Below the pieces are notes generated by a model. That model worked only from the letters and a program-made list of their open reading frames with translations, was not told where the DNA came from and did no database searches. A DNA stretch of 62,984 bases, the filler included, from Reclinomonas americana ATCC 50394 (Eukaryota), in the NCBI GenBank assembly GCA_048213135.1. It is 6 parts of 2 records of this genome, joined end to end, with 100 filler letters (N's around TTAATTAATTAA, not from the genome) between each part and the next. Parts side by side here need not be neighbours in the genome. Positions count along the whole stretch, not along the records: positions 37,256 to 50,519 come from PS015182.1; 5 more parts are not named here. One strand, given 5' to 3'. The first letter of the stretch is position 1. Each line of letters begins with the position of its first letter. The translations under genes were made by a program, and so were the position numbers. Shown piece after piece: positions 37,256-49,781 of this stretch.

Positions 37256-40203
37256 TCTCCTCCGTCAGCCTCCTCGCCCTCGACCTCATCAGTGAACGAC
37301 TTCCATGCGTCTCCGTCGGCCTCGGACTCGCGTTCCATCTCCTCCAGCACGCGGATCACGTGCTCTGGTCGTGCATCACCGCGGCGCCAGAACAGATACA
37401 AGCGGTACGTCTCTGTCGCCTGCCCCGTGATGGCGTGCAGGCCGCGACGCAACCGAATCGGCACTCGCGCAATCAACCGTTCCCATCCACTCTCCTGCAT
37501 GCGATCGAGGAAGAACATGACGCCGTCGCGGTCGTCCGACAAGATCTCCAGGAACCACCCATTCGGCTCCAAGAACGCCTCAATGACGCGGATCAGGCAG
37601 GCAATGTGCGTACGATCCAAGCTGTACGTGAGCTCACTACCAATCACAATCTCGGCCGGCCGCAGATCAGTGCCGGAAAAGTCGTTCCAGTCGAGCATTC
37701 TGTGCACAGCCGTCAGCCATCTCTCCCTCTTCCACCTCCATGCAGGAGTCACGCAACAGGGCTCGTGCCGACTCGCCCACATGCAGCATGCGCCGGCGAC
37801 GTGCCTCCTCCATCACAACGTCGTCTTCCGGCTGGCTGTTGACCTCGATGTTGTAGGCGATGTTGTCGATGATTTGCGGAATGTAGTCGGTGATGAAGCA
37901 GCGCTGGGCAAAGCGCGCCGCCATGACGCCCGGCAGTCCGACACCGGCGCCCAACTCAATCACCACGCGATCGGCAAACAACGCTTCACCGTGCTCACGA
38001 ATCCACCGAGCTGTGGAGGGGAGAAGAGAGTGAGAGAGGGAAAAGGGACAGAGAGAGAGAGAGAGAGACGGAAGAGGAGTGCGAGAGACAAGGGAAGAGA
38101 GGAAGACAACAGAGACGAGAGGATGGGAAAAAAGGAAGGATAAGAAGAAGAAGAAGAATAACAACAAGACGAGAATGAGAGAAAGACGGCACAGAACCCG
38201 AAGAACGAGGAAGAAAGCAAGAAGAAGAACAAGAAGAATGAGAAGAAGAACAAGACTAAGCATTGGAGAAACCAGCGACGAAGAAGAAGGAGAAGGAGGA
38301 GGAGAATAATAGCAACAACAACAAGCAGAACACGAAGAACGGAAGGCAACAAGTTGGCTTGTGGAAACAAGATGACGAAGGAGAAGGAAAAACAAGGAGA
38401 ATAAGAAGAACACGGAGAAGAGCAGCAACAACAAATACAAGAAGGGAAGCAAGAAAAAAGAGAACAGAAACAGGAGGAGAGGAGGAAGAATAAGATGGAG
38501 ATCAAAATGAAGAAGGACAGCGAAGAGAACATCGACAACATAAGAACAAGAAGAAGAACAAGAACAAGGAGGAGCGATAGAAGGAGGAGAACAACAGCAA
38601 CAACAACAACAAGAACAAGAAGAAATGGAAGAAAGAGAAGAGAAACACGACGACGAATAAGTGCAAGGAGGAGCAGAAGAAGAAGAAGTTGCAAGAAGAA
38701 GAACAAGATCAACAGCTCCAACAACAACGACAACAAGGAGGAGAAGAAGACGAAGAGGAAGAAAGCAACAGCAATTCCAACAACAAGTAGAAGAAGGAAA
38801 AGCAGCAGCAGTAGCAACAAGAACGAAAAGGAAGGCAAGAAGAAGAAGAAGAAGAGAAACAACAAGACGACGAAAGAAGCGTCATGCCCTCCCTCCTTCT
38901 CTCCCCCCTCCCTCTNNNNNNNNNNNNNNNNNNNNNNNNNNNNNNNNNNNNNNNNNNNNNNNNNNNNNNNNNNNNNNNNNNNNNNNNNNNNNNNNNNNNN
39001 NNNNNNNNNNNNNNNNNNNNNNNNNNNNNNNNNNNNNNNNNNNNNNNNNNNNNNNNNNNNNNNNNNNNNNNNNNNNNNNNNNNNNNNNNNNNNNNNNNNN
39101 NNNNNNNNNNNNNNNNNNNNNNNNNNNNNNNNNNNNNNNNNNNNNNNNNNNNNNNNNNNNNNNNNNNNNNNNNNNNNNNNNNNNNNNNNNNNNNNNNNNN
39201 NNNNNNNNNNNNNNNNNNNNNNNNNNNNNNNNNNNNNNNNNNNNNNNNNNNNNNNNNNNNNNNNNNNNNNNNNNNNNNNNNNNNNNNNNNNNNNNNNNNN
39301 NNNNNNNNNNNNNNNNNNNNNNNNNNNNNNNNNNNNNNNNNNNNNNNNNNNNNNNNNNNNNNNNNNNNNNNNNNNNNNNNNNNNNNNNNNNNNNNNNNNN
39401 NNNNNNNNNNNNNNNNNNNNNNNNNNNNNNNNNNNNNNNNNNNNNNNNNNNNNNNNNNNNNNNNNNNNNNNNNNNNNNNNNNNNNNNNNNNNNNNNNNNN
39501 NNNNNNNNNNNNNNNNNNNNNNNNNNNNNNNNNNNNNNNNNNNNNNNNNNNNNNNNNNNNNNNNNNNNNNNNNNNNNNNNNNNNNNNNNNNNNNNNNNNN
39601 NNNNNNNNNNNNNNNNNNNNNNNNNNNNNNNNNNNNNNNNNNNNNNNNNNNNNNNNNNNNNNNNNNNNNNNNNNNNNNNNNNNNNNNNNNNNNNNNNNNN
39701 NNNNNNNNNNNNNNNNNNNNNNNNNNNNNNNNNNNNNNNNNNNNNNNNNNNNNNNNNNNNNNNNNNNNNNCCCTCCCTTCCCCCTTCCCCTTTCCTGCCA
39801 CTCACCCAGAATGACGGCCGCATCCCACAACGCACACCCAATACCCCCATCAATGATCGACAGCTCCCGAATGTACATCTCATCCTCCTCCCATCGCCGC
39901 TCCTGCCGATCATACCGACCCCATCCCACAGTCTTGCGCCTCTTCTTGCCAATGCCAAGCGCAGCCTAACAAAGACACAGAGAGAACACACACAGTCTGA
40001 GCATGCATGTGTGCGAGTGAGAGAGAGAGCGGAGAAACACAATGCTCACTGTGCGCCAGTCGATGCCCGATGAGCCTGCACACACACACATACACACACA
40101 CACACACACAGACACACACACAACGTGTGAGGCACTGTGCGCCCATCACTTGCACACACACACAGAGACACTCACCGAGTCGTTCGCGCACCACCGAAGT
40201 CAT
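37256..40203 (-). CDS. METTL21/Methyltransf_16-family lysine methyltransferase; 3' end runs into a scaffold gap
   Basis: Spliced MTSVVRERL...GGIGCALWDAAVILARWI, VIELGAGVGLPG, ITDY, LDW, IVIGSELTY. No stop codon before the gap at 37255. Confidence 0.85.
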
Positions 40204-40266
40204 CGGAAGAGAGAGTGAGTGAGTGAGTCACACTGTTTGTCTCTCTTTCGTCTTCACACACAACGA

Positions 40267-42568
40267 ATGGCATTACCGTTTGCACTGGTGCTCTTCCTCG
40301 AGGGCGCTTCATCAGTGCTGGTGAGTGCCTTTTCCCAGTTGTTTGTCACTGATCACTTGCTCATTCTCCGACACAGTTGACAGTGATGCTTGCGCTTGCT
40401 GGTCAGCAGTCGTTTTTGTGTCACTCTGTGCTCTCATTGTTAACTCTCACTACTCATGCACAGGCATGTATCTCGTGTGGCGTCGATTGGTGCCCGATAA
40501 TCTGCCCAGCATCCTCTCAAAGCTCACTGTTGAAGGCATGCAATGCATGCGTTCATTGTTGTTCTCTTCGTGCGTCGTCCACTCATTCCTCTTGTGTAGT
40601 CACGTTGCCGTGCTTTGCTTTTGTAAAGGTTTCGCGCTCTTCTTATTCGGCATTGTCGTCGTCGTTGCCTCATGAACATGCATGCAGCTCGGTGCCAGTA
40701 TCAATCTCGACGAACTGCTGCGATTATGGGCCGTCTTTATCGCGCCACTGGTCGTGTGGGGTGAGGCAGCAGCAACACGATTGTTGTTCTGCTCGTTGGA
40801 TCGCTTTTTCACCTCATGCCACTGCACAGGTGTCACGTATGTGCTGGTGGCGCTAATCTTTCGCGTGTTCTGCCGCGTGCCCGATCGTGGACTGCAGAGC
40901 ATTCTCATGTGCAGTGTGCTGATGACCAACAATGGTGTGGCGACTGTGCTCGCCAACAGTCGTTCCAGTCGTTTTCTGTTTCTGATGTCGAGTGCGTCTC
41001 CACGCAGGCAATGTGCCGTTCGCCATGGTCGAGGTGATTGTCACCTCGGAGGTGTTCACCAGCGTCTTTGATCCCAGCCTGAATCTGCGCGATGTGGCCG
41101 CCGGCTACATCTCGTGCGTTGACTGTTGGCCACACGTGCACTCTGCGGTAGTTGTCTCACTTCTGTGTGCATGGCAGGGTTTATGTCATTCTCGGCGCTG
41201 TGGTCTGTGTGTCTGCGTGCCGTCTCCGTGTACCTCCATCGCTCGCCTCACGCGCTTCATCAGATGTACTGGACCATCGGTCTGAAGATGTTCAACAGCG
41301 GGGCCCCTCCGTCGAATGCGCCTCCCATCTCCTCGACTCTGCAAATGTCGCCGTCGATGCGGTACATTCGCGACAACGTGATGCCGACCATCAAGCTCAT
41401 TTTCAACGCACCCAACATTGGCCTCCTGACGGGCATTGTAGCGTTACGTCACTCCACCATCACGCAGTCGGAGATTGGGAGTTTACATTGAGATACAACA
41501 GGGGATGCATTGCTCCCGTTCGACAGTTCCTGTTTGTCAAGCCGCCGTACATCATCTCGGGCATCATGGGTGGTGTTCGGCTGGTGAGTCCGTGTCTTCT
41601 CTTGCCTCAAACGACTTGGTCTCACGCGCGAGAGAACCAGTTGAGCGATGCGATGATTGCGGTCGCCACGGTCAGCACAGGCGCAGGTACATACTTGCCT
41701 CCACGCCCCTTCCGCCTCCGTTACTCATCACTACCCCCCTTTCAGCACTGGCCCTCACTCTCCGACGACAGGCCGAAGAGCGGCGACACAAGCGAACGCA
41801 GGTTTGGATATTCAGCCAGGCGGTGTTTCCCTATCGCCTCTTGCTGATTTGCCTCTGTGAGCAGTCCTTTGTCAGCCAGCTGCCGGAGGTGGACGAAGTG
41901 GAGTTGACAGAGGTTGACTCGGAGCGGCCACAGCACGATGGCGAGGACCAGCATCACCACAGCGAGGACGACAAGAAGGATCTGCTTGCTCGCAGCCAGT
42001 CGGGGGCGAGTGTTGCCGCTCCGGCGACCGCCACAGCGCCGGCAGTTCTCCTCCTGTCGACTCGCGACATTTTCTGGAGCGTATTCGCCAAGCAGGTGCT
42101 CGTGCCCCTCGTCTTTGCACCGCTCGTGTATGGTACGTACTGTCGATCGGCAGCTGCTCCCTGTGTCGTACCTCGCTCACTCACTCACTGGAGCAGGGGT
42201 GTGGTGGCTCGGGGTGCTGCCGAGCGATCGGCTGCTGGTCTTCACGCTCATGCTGCAGGGAGCGGTGCCGAGTGCTGTTGCGTCTCGTTTGCTACCATTG
42301 TTCCATGCACACGTTTCTTCATTCATTCACTGACGTGTTGAGCGCAGGTCGTGCTGACCATCATGGCCGAGTTTGCTGGCTTTGGTCGCGCCGAAGTCTC
42401 GGTGCTCATGTTGTGGCAATATGCATCCACAGTTGTGTGTCCCTCCATGCGCATCTCATCTGCTGTAGAGAGATTGCCGACCTCACACTTCCTCCCTCCA
42501 TGCAGGTGATCCTGCTGCCGATCTGGTCTGCTGTGTTCCTCGCCATTGTGTCCACCATTCCGGCATGA
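40267..42568 (+). CDS. Auxin-efflux-carrier (AEC/Mem_trans) family transporter, PILS/ECM3-like
   Basis: About 15 exons with multiple TM helices. Motifs LSKLTVEVTLPCFAFVKLG, NNGNVPFAM, MYWTIG, FNAPNIG and LQGAVPSAVVL...EVSVLMLWQY. TGA ends 42568. Confidence 0.85.
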
Positions 42569-42638
42569 TGAGATCGCCACCAAGCGTAAGCGACACGCGA
42601 TAAGGCAAGACGGAGATGTCTGTAAGGCCTCGAGTCGA

Positions 42639-44557
42639 TCATGGCTGCTTTCGTGCGCGGCGAGCCTGAAGAAAAGCAGCAGCAGAGTAGAGTGCGTGCT
42701 GACAAAGTGAGCACACAGTGCCACGAGCGCGATCACAATGTAGATGCGGAACCTCTTTTGCAGCGGCCGCTTCCTCCTTCAGGAACTCGCGGCGCGTGTT
42801 CGACCGTGGCCCGGCATTGAAAACGCGACCGAACGACGGAAGCCACATGGGGTCGTCTTCGCCGCTGGTCGGTACACCCGCTGCGCGTGCACACTCCTTG
42901 TTCACACCACAAAATGCATCCACACATGAGAGCAGACAGCTGCACGCAACTGGCCTCCGCGAGCCTCTTGGCGCGCAGAAAATCGGCGCCGACGCGATTC
43001 GGCGGCAGCCTGGCTTGCCGCTCGGCCTGTTTCGCTGACGGTACGCGCGAGCCGAGACGCACACCACGTGGGGGCATGGTCGGTCCAATGACGGGTTGCT
43101 AACACGAAGAACGAAAAAAACACAGTCGCACGTGGGTTTAGGAACGAGTTCATCGACCACATTGCGTGTGGTAGGCAGGGTACGGTGGAAGAACGAAAAC
43201 AACAATCAAAAGGATACATCACGCGGCGTGGACGCACAATGGCGGAGGCCGGACGAAGCCACGGTGGTACTGAATCAGCGTCGTACACATTCTTCTCGCC
43301 GGAACCCAACTGGCGCGGACGCAGAGCAAACAGGCCTGGCCCTGAAGCACGCTGCGTGACCTTGCGCACGACTCCGTCTGTTGCGGCACGAAGGGGTCAG
43401 GTGTATGCGACGTTGGTGGCACTGAAACGCCACGCAACTCGCTGAGACACGAGGAGTGTATCGCTGGAAAATGCGCGTGCCCATGATCTCGGCCCCGCGA
43501 AAGTCATCCGACTGGTCGTCCAGGTCCAGCTCCCACGGGATCCACTGCGACTGTGTGGCCCCGTGATACTTGACCACACCTCCGCCCCACACACGCCGTC
43601 CCTCGTGCCAGCCAGTGGGGTTCTGCACCACGCCGTGCTCGTTGGTCACCGTATAGTACACTGCGTCGCAGTGAGCATGCCGCGGTGGGAAGAGATGAGG
43701 CAAGTACTGACCTATGGGAGCACGTCTGATGATCGGAGGGATGGCAATCGTGGTGGCCGTCGTCGTCGTCGTCGCAGTGGTGGTGGTGGTCGTCGTCGTC
43801 TTCCTGCTGTCCATCTCCTCACGCTGTTTCTCCTCGCGCTGCTTCTCCTCGTACTCCTCCACGGCCAGCAAGTACTGCAACGTCGGTGGGTGAGTCCCTG
43901 CCTCCCACCTCTCACCAAAACACACGGACCTCCACCCACTCGTCATCGTTCAAGTACTGCGCCTGTGCCCGATGCGAGCGTGGCTTGTTCTCCTTCCAGA
44001 ACGCATGCACCGAGGCCACATGCATCGCCGACGCCAAATGCTCCACAAAAGCAAAGCCAGGCACACGCTCCTGCTGCGTCGTCTTCTTCTCGTTCTTCTT
44101 GACCACCTTCATCTTCTTTTCCCCTTCCTCGTCCTCGTCCTCGTCTTCCTCTTCCTCGTGATCATCCAGTGCAGAGGCGTGCCGAAACACATCGCGTGCA
44201 CAAAACACGCAGTAGAATCGCTCACGAGCGCCATCGCCAGTCACCACTGGACCCTCTGCATTCCAATCATCATCATCAATCTCCGCCACTCTCTCTCACA
44301 CACACAGCGGCACTTTGGCGTCACTTGCCTGCACTGCGGAGAGCCTCGGTGCCCCACATGCGCAGAAAGTGCTGCGTGCGAGCCTCGTGCTTGCCGAGTA
44401 CACGCTCGACGGCGGCAACATGTGATGGAGTGAAGGCATGACCGCGCTCGGCAAAGCTCAGGCGACACACACTGCAGTAGACCAGTGCACCACCGCCACT
44501 GCCACCACGTTTTCGCACTCGTTTGCGTCGTTTCTTGGTCGCCTCGCCCTCGCTCAT
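42639..44557 (-). CDS. CENATAC: CENATAC (CCDC84), minor-spliceosome zinc-finger protein
   Basis: Two zinc fingers (CSVC...GHAFTPSH; FYCVFC...HLASAMH...FWKENK) and C-terminal motifs NV..DSVPPWL, VIGPT, LPPNRVGADF and WLPSFGRVFNAGPRSNTRREF. Confidence 0.9.
43208..43217 (-). promoter_or_regulatory. U12-type 5' splice-site consensus (GTATCCTTTT) inside a CENATAC intron
   Basis: Exact RTATCCTTT match 20 nt downstream of the GTGCGT donor at 43237. A branch-like TTCCTAAAC lies at 43144-43136. Function is inferred. Confidence 0.5.
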
Positions 44558-44616
44558 CGCATGTGTTTTCGCAGAGGGGGACAACTAACTCACTTCGCAA
44601 CACAAGCCTTTGTACA

Positions 44617-47600
44617 TTATGAGTGCTGATCATCATCGTCATCTTCCCTGGCAGTGAGGCGACTGGCTGGGGGTTCCACCACATGCACTGCACCGTGTTT
44701 CTTCCGCCTGCAGCAAGTGAAGGATGGTGAGACGCGCGCCAGCACGGTGAGGGATCACAAAGAAGCCGGGCGCAACATGAATGGTCTGCCGAGCTCATCG
44801 ACCACGTCCACGTGCTGCGCCAGCAGAGTGTGCAGATGACCGGGCGAGTGTTCGTGTCTCCGCCGTGTGCATCGGCACACCTTCGAGAACGCCCACTGCG
44901 ACACGACTCGGACGACCTCGATCAGGTCCTTCAAGCCTGCGGTCGAAAAACAACGATCAGCCTCCGCCGCTACCATCATTCGCAAGCCCACCGACTCCAC
45001 GTACCAATCACAAGCAACAGCAGCAGCACGAGAACCTCGCCCACTGTCAGGTGGTGACCCACATTGATGCGGCGGAGCAGTGTGCTCTTGGTCAGGTCGA
45101 TGCGCAGTTGCAGGTCGCCGCGCGACGGCACCGTGTTGCGATCGTAGAATGCGTCAGCGTGCATCAACCGCGTTGAGCTGGTAGTCACCGACCACATGCG
45201 ATACGAGCGCGAGAGCACTATGGCACAGCAGTGGTGAGTGCAAAGGACCGTGACATTGCAAACGAGCACGATGGAGACGTACTTGCACGGCACACCAACT
45301 TGTCGAGTCGAACAATGCTGCTGAGGAAGCCGGAGTTGCTGACCGCAGTGCACTGCTCGACAATGCTCGGCAGGAGCAGCATGCTCACTGCCAGCTCACC
45401 ACGCAGCAGCTTGCCGGGCGGCGGCTCAAACACGCCGCGCGTCCAACTACTCAACCAGTCAGTGTCACGCTTGCCCATGAAAGAGTGAGTGGGTTCGCTT
45501 ACCTTTCGACGCCATTCTTCTCGCTCTCCACCGCCGTCACGTTCAGCACCAAGCGCTGCACGTAGAGCGGCACCAGAGAGTCCTGACTGTGCATGTCCAT
45601 GACAAAGGAGCTGGCGGTGGCCAGAGCGTAGCCCTCCGAGAACGTCGTCAGCACATCACACGTGAAGGGACCTTCGCCTTCCACGGTTCGAATTACTGTG
45701 ACGACGCACGTGAGTGAATTCGGTAAACTCACAGAGCAAGCATTGCGGCGCAACTCTGTTCGGGTCGACAGTCGTCGGCCGATTGCACGCCCTCTCTACA
45801 CCCCGTCGTCTGCAACTGCACTGTGATGGACGAGCATGGAACATTCACGCCCTCCAGACGCAGTCGGATCTGCCACGGCAAACTCTCCACGTCGTGCACG
45901 ACCTCGCGAGGCTCCTGCGAGGAGGAGGATGGTCAGCGTGGCCATCACAACCAAGAGCAAGACACCGACAAGGTGCGACTCACAAACTCAGACACGGTGG
46001 CCAGCGAGGCCGACACCGAGTCATTGGCACCGCTCAGCATAAACGCCAGCATGAAAATGGCCAAGAAGAGCACAGAAATGTAAAACAGCAGGCTGGCCAG
46101 CGAGCCGCACACCGAGCTCCACTTGTACTTGCGGCGATTGGCAAACTCGGGCGTCTCGCCAATCTCGTCGTGCTCCGACTCCTGCACACCAACAACAACG
46201 AGTGAGAACACAAAGCATGCTTCGCAACAGGTGGGCGACCGTGCACACCTCGGACATGATGTTCATGGCCAGCAGAACGCTTTGCGTGCCCAGTTGCACG
46301 TTACGCAGCGTGCCGTCACGCCAGCGGAACGCAAACACACTGCAAGCCTTTCTCATGAGAGAGAGTTTTCCGCACACGACAGGCAAAGGCATGGTCGACG
46401 AAACGTAATCGTAAACATGGCCAGCCCCATCAGTGCAAACGAGAGCACGGGCAGGAAGCTGAGGAAGAAACTGTCTTCCACATTGACCTCTTCGGTAGGC
46501 TCCAACGGCTCTTCCGCATACTCAAAGCCCTCCTCCTCGATATCTAGCGGCTGCGCGCTGCCGGCAGGGCACGAATGCGAGTTGGGTGTGCACGCCAGGC
46601 ACGAGTCGGTGTACGACGAGCCCGTCGCCGGGTTGTAGGTGCCTTCGGGACACAGCTGGCATGCATCGAAGCCACTAGTCGGTTTGAATGTGCCCTGTCC
46701 ACATGGCACACACGAGTTCGCCAGCAGCTGCTGTCCCTTGGGGCACGCCTCTGCACATTCTGCGTGAGTCTTCCTCCCCTTCGTGCCCCCACGATGAGCA
46801 AAACGCAACGGAAGAACTTGACATCGTACAGCGACAGCGTAGCGTCTTGCGAGGTGACGAGGAATGTGTCGGAGAGGCCGCTGGTGGAGGCACGCACATT
46901 GTACGGGGACTGGAAGTAGGCCGGATAGTTCTGGCTGGGCGCCGAAGCATCGAGCTCCACCCATCGCCGCGCCTCGCCACGCGAGAATAGCCGCAGTTGC
47001 GCAGACTTGCCCTGCTGTACCGAGCCCGTAGAGCTGACCAGCAGCGTATCGTATGGTTCCGAGTAGGACAGCTGCGAGCCGAAATTCACGAGTCCGTGGT
47101 CGCGCGACGTGAAATTCTGCACCAAAGTACCGGCCGGATTCTGCTCAATGGTGTAGGCCAGCACAGAGTTTTGCGTGGCGAACCCCACAGCAATGTCGGA
47201 GGTGCCAACCAGTTCCACCGACGTGGCGCAGGCGGTGGCGTTGGTGCGAATCTGCGCGGCCACCGACAGCGACCCGTCGGCCGCCACATCCAGCACCATG
47301 ACCTCGGAGACCACGATGAAGCTGCGATACGAGGCCTGCTTCGGCGCGCAATACGTGCACTGCGCATAGGCCGTGCGACTGCCACGCGCCGTCAACGCCG
47401 TGATGACGGTCTGGCCCTGGCAGAAGCGCGGCGGCACACTTTGCAGTCGCGCCTGCAAACGAGCCTGCGAGCGCGCAGTCGCTGCTGCCACTGTCGTGGT
47501 CGTGCCGAGAGTGGTCGAAGTGGACGAAGTTGTCTGTGTCGAGTTGGTGACGGCGACGAGTGCCTGCACGTAACCGTCAGTGATGCACAACTAAAGGGGA

Positions 47601-49228
47601 ATCCGTGCGCACACACCTCTGCGGCAACAGCGGGCTGCTTCACATGTGCGGTGGCGGCCGGCGCCTTGAACAGAGGCTTCTTGAGCTGGTCGGCGCGCGA
47701 CTCGTGGCACCGCAACTGAGGGCGTGCACAAGGGCGCGTAAGGGGGTGATGACGATCGGCGACAGGTGCGGTGAAACGACGCAACTCCCGACGAGGTCAC
47801 CGAGCACACACACAATGGCCATTGATTCGTGTCGTACACTTGGCGCACGTCGCCAGCACACGAGCTGACCGCAAATGAATCGCCAAGTTTTACGTGCAAT
47901 CCCAGAGTGCAGTTGGCGGCCGCCAATCCACAGTCCGCCTCCTGTCATTGTCAGCCAGTGTTTAGCACCCCTTACAATCATCACTCCAGGAAGCAGGCGC
48001 CTCGCAACTGTGAACGAATACGAAGCCGAGCACGCCTTTTCCGCGTCGTGGTTCATGGCCGCTCGCGGTTCGGCACTCACCAACTCGGCAAAGTCCTCCG
48101 TCATGGCATTGTAAAAGTCGTCGTCGTCTTCGTCATCGTCTGTCGCATCGGCGCCGTTCGCGTGCGGACTGGCGGAGGAGGACGACACGGTCAGTGGCGA
48201 CGCCGAAGTGACCGACACGGCAGTGGCACACAGGCTGGTGTCGATCAGCTGCAAATGGCCAAGTGAGAATACAGGGAGCATGGATGTTTGATGCCTCGCA
48301 CGTACCTCGACGTAGCCGTAGGCACCGGCGCTGCCTGTGAGTCCATGCTGCGAACCGACTGCCGCAAGTGCCAGTGGCGCCGAGCCACCCACCGGCGTCA
48401 CCTTGTGCACGTGCACCGACACGCCATACGTGGGATCGCCGGGCTTGCGCAACACCGTGCGCCATTTCCACACATCGGGCGTGCCAGCCACACCCGCCAC
48501 CCGCCGCACCGTGGTCGGCGATGTCTCCGTTTCCACCGCCGCCTCCACCGCGGTGGACACTGCCGGAGTCGATACCGGCATGGCCACAGTTCTCAAATCC
48601 TCATCCACTCGCTGCTTGCCACTCGTCGGCGGCGGCGGTGGTGGTGACGACGACGATGGCTGCTGCTGCTGCTGTTGCATGACTGGCATGTCCAGCATAT
48701 CAGCATCGGCCACAGCCGGCGACTGCACCGCCAGCACCGGACTCGGCGCCGAAGCTGCCGCAGACGACGCAGCAGCCGTCGTACGACTATGCTGATGATC
48801 GCCACTCATCTCACCCACGCGATCCGCCTGCTCCTCCTCCTCAAACGACACCTGCAACAGCACCGCCGGCGACAACTCATTCTCCGTCGCGCCTCGTCGC
48901 TGCTGCTGCTGATCATCACTATCCGAGTCACGCGACGACAAGGGCGGGGCGGTGGGCGGAGGCGCCACCACACGCTGATAGAGAATCACTTGCCCGCCGA
49001 GTCGCAGCTGATTGTTGACCGATTCAGCCGCCGTCACACCAATTACTGCGAATTCGTCGCCCACACTCGCCGCCACGTGTTCCCCTGTGCAATTCATTGC
49101 TGAGAACAAGCGCGAGTGTGACTATGAGTGTGTGTTGATCACTCACCACTCACACACACAATCATCGACAAGAACAGCATCAAAAGAAGCCATGTTGGCG
49201 CGCAAACTTGACTTCTTGTCTCTCTCAT
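44617..49228 (-). CDS. Large membrane protein: signal peptide, beta-rich ectodomain, Cys-rich GCC2/GCC3 (ephrin-receptor-like) repeat, about 3 TM helices
   Basis: Signal peptide MRETRSQVCAPTWLLLMLFLSMIVCVSG; CVPCGQGTFKPTSGFDACQLCPEGTYNPATGSSYTDSCLAC; hydrophobic segments near 46400-46470, 46040-46110 and 45010-45045. Some internal boundaries are uncertain. Confidence 0.7.
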
Positions 49229-49781
49229 GATTCTGTGTGCGCACGTGCGTGCTGTGTGTCTTGCCACACACTGTGTCTCTCAATGTGCGCCACACACGCA
49301 CTCTCCCGCGCGCAAAACACACCGGCGGATATGGACAGAGGACAGACAGATGGCTCGCGCGCGCCAAAAATCACTTGGACGTTAATCGCGAGTGCGCGAC
49401 ACAAAGTGACTGTGAGAGTGTGAGTGCAAGTGTCAGTGTGGTGGATCCTCAGTGCACAGCTCGTGCTTGCAACACACACATCTTCACAGAGAGAGAGAGC
49501 GAACGAACGAGGTGCGTAACACATAGGCGGCCACACTCACTCTCTCTCTCTCACACACGCACACACACACGCGCTGTCTCATCACGCGTGCACACATGCA
49601 CACACATGCACTGTACGCACACACATATGTGCACGTTGAAGAGCGCGCTCAGAGATGTCGATGACACTCGCTTCTCCCGATATCGGATGATACAGTTCCT
49701 CCTCGCATTCACACTCCTCCGCCATTGTTCTTCCTCATCCCTCTCTCTCACACGCACTGTCTCTTCTTTCTACACCAGATC

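Noticed and set aside
44289-44328. A third GC-AG intron in CENATAC
   Set aside because: It would be only 40 nt, and alternative GT donors also restore the frame. Unresolved without cDNA.
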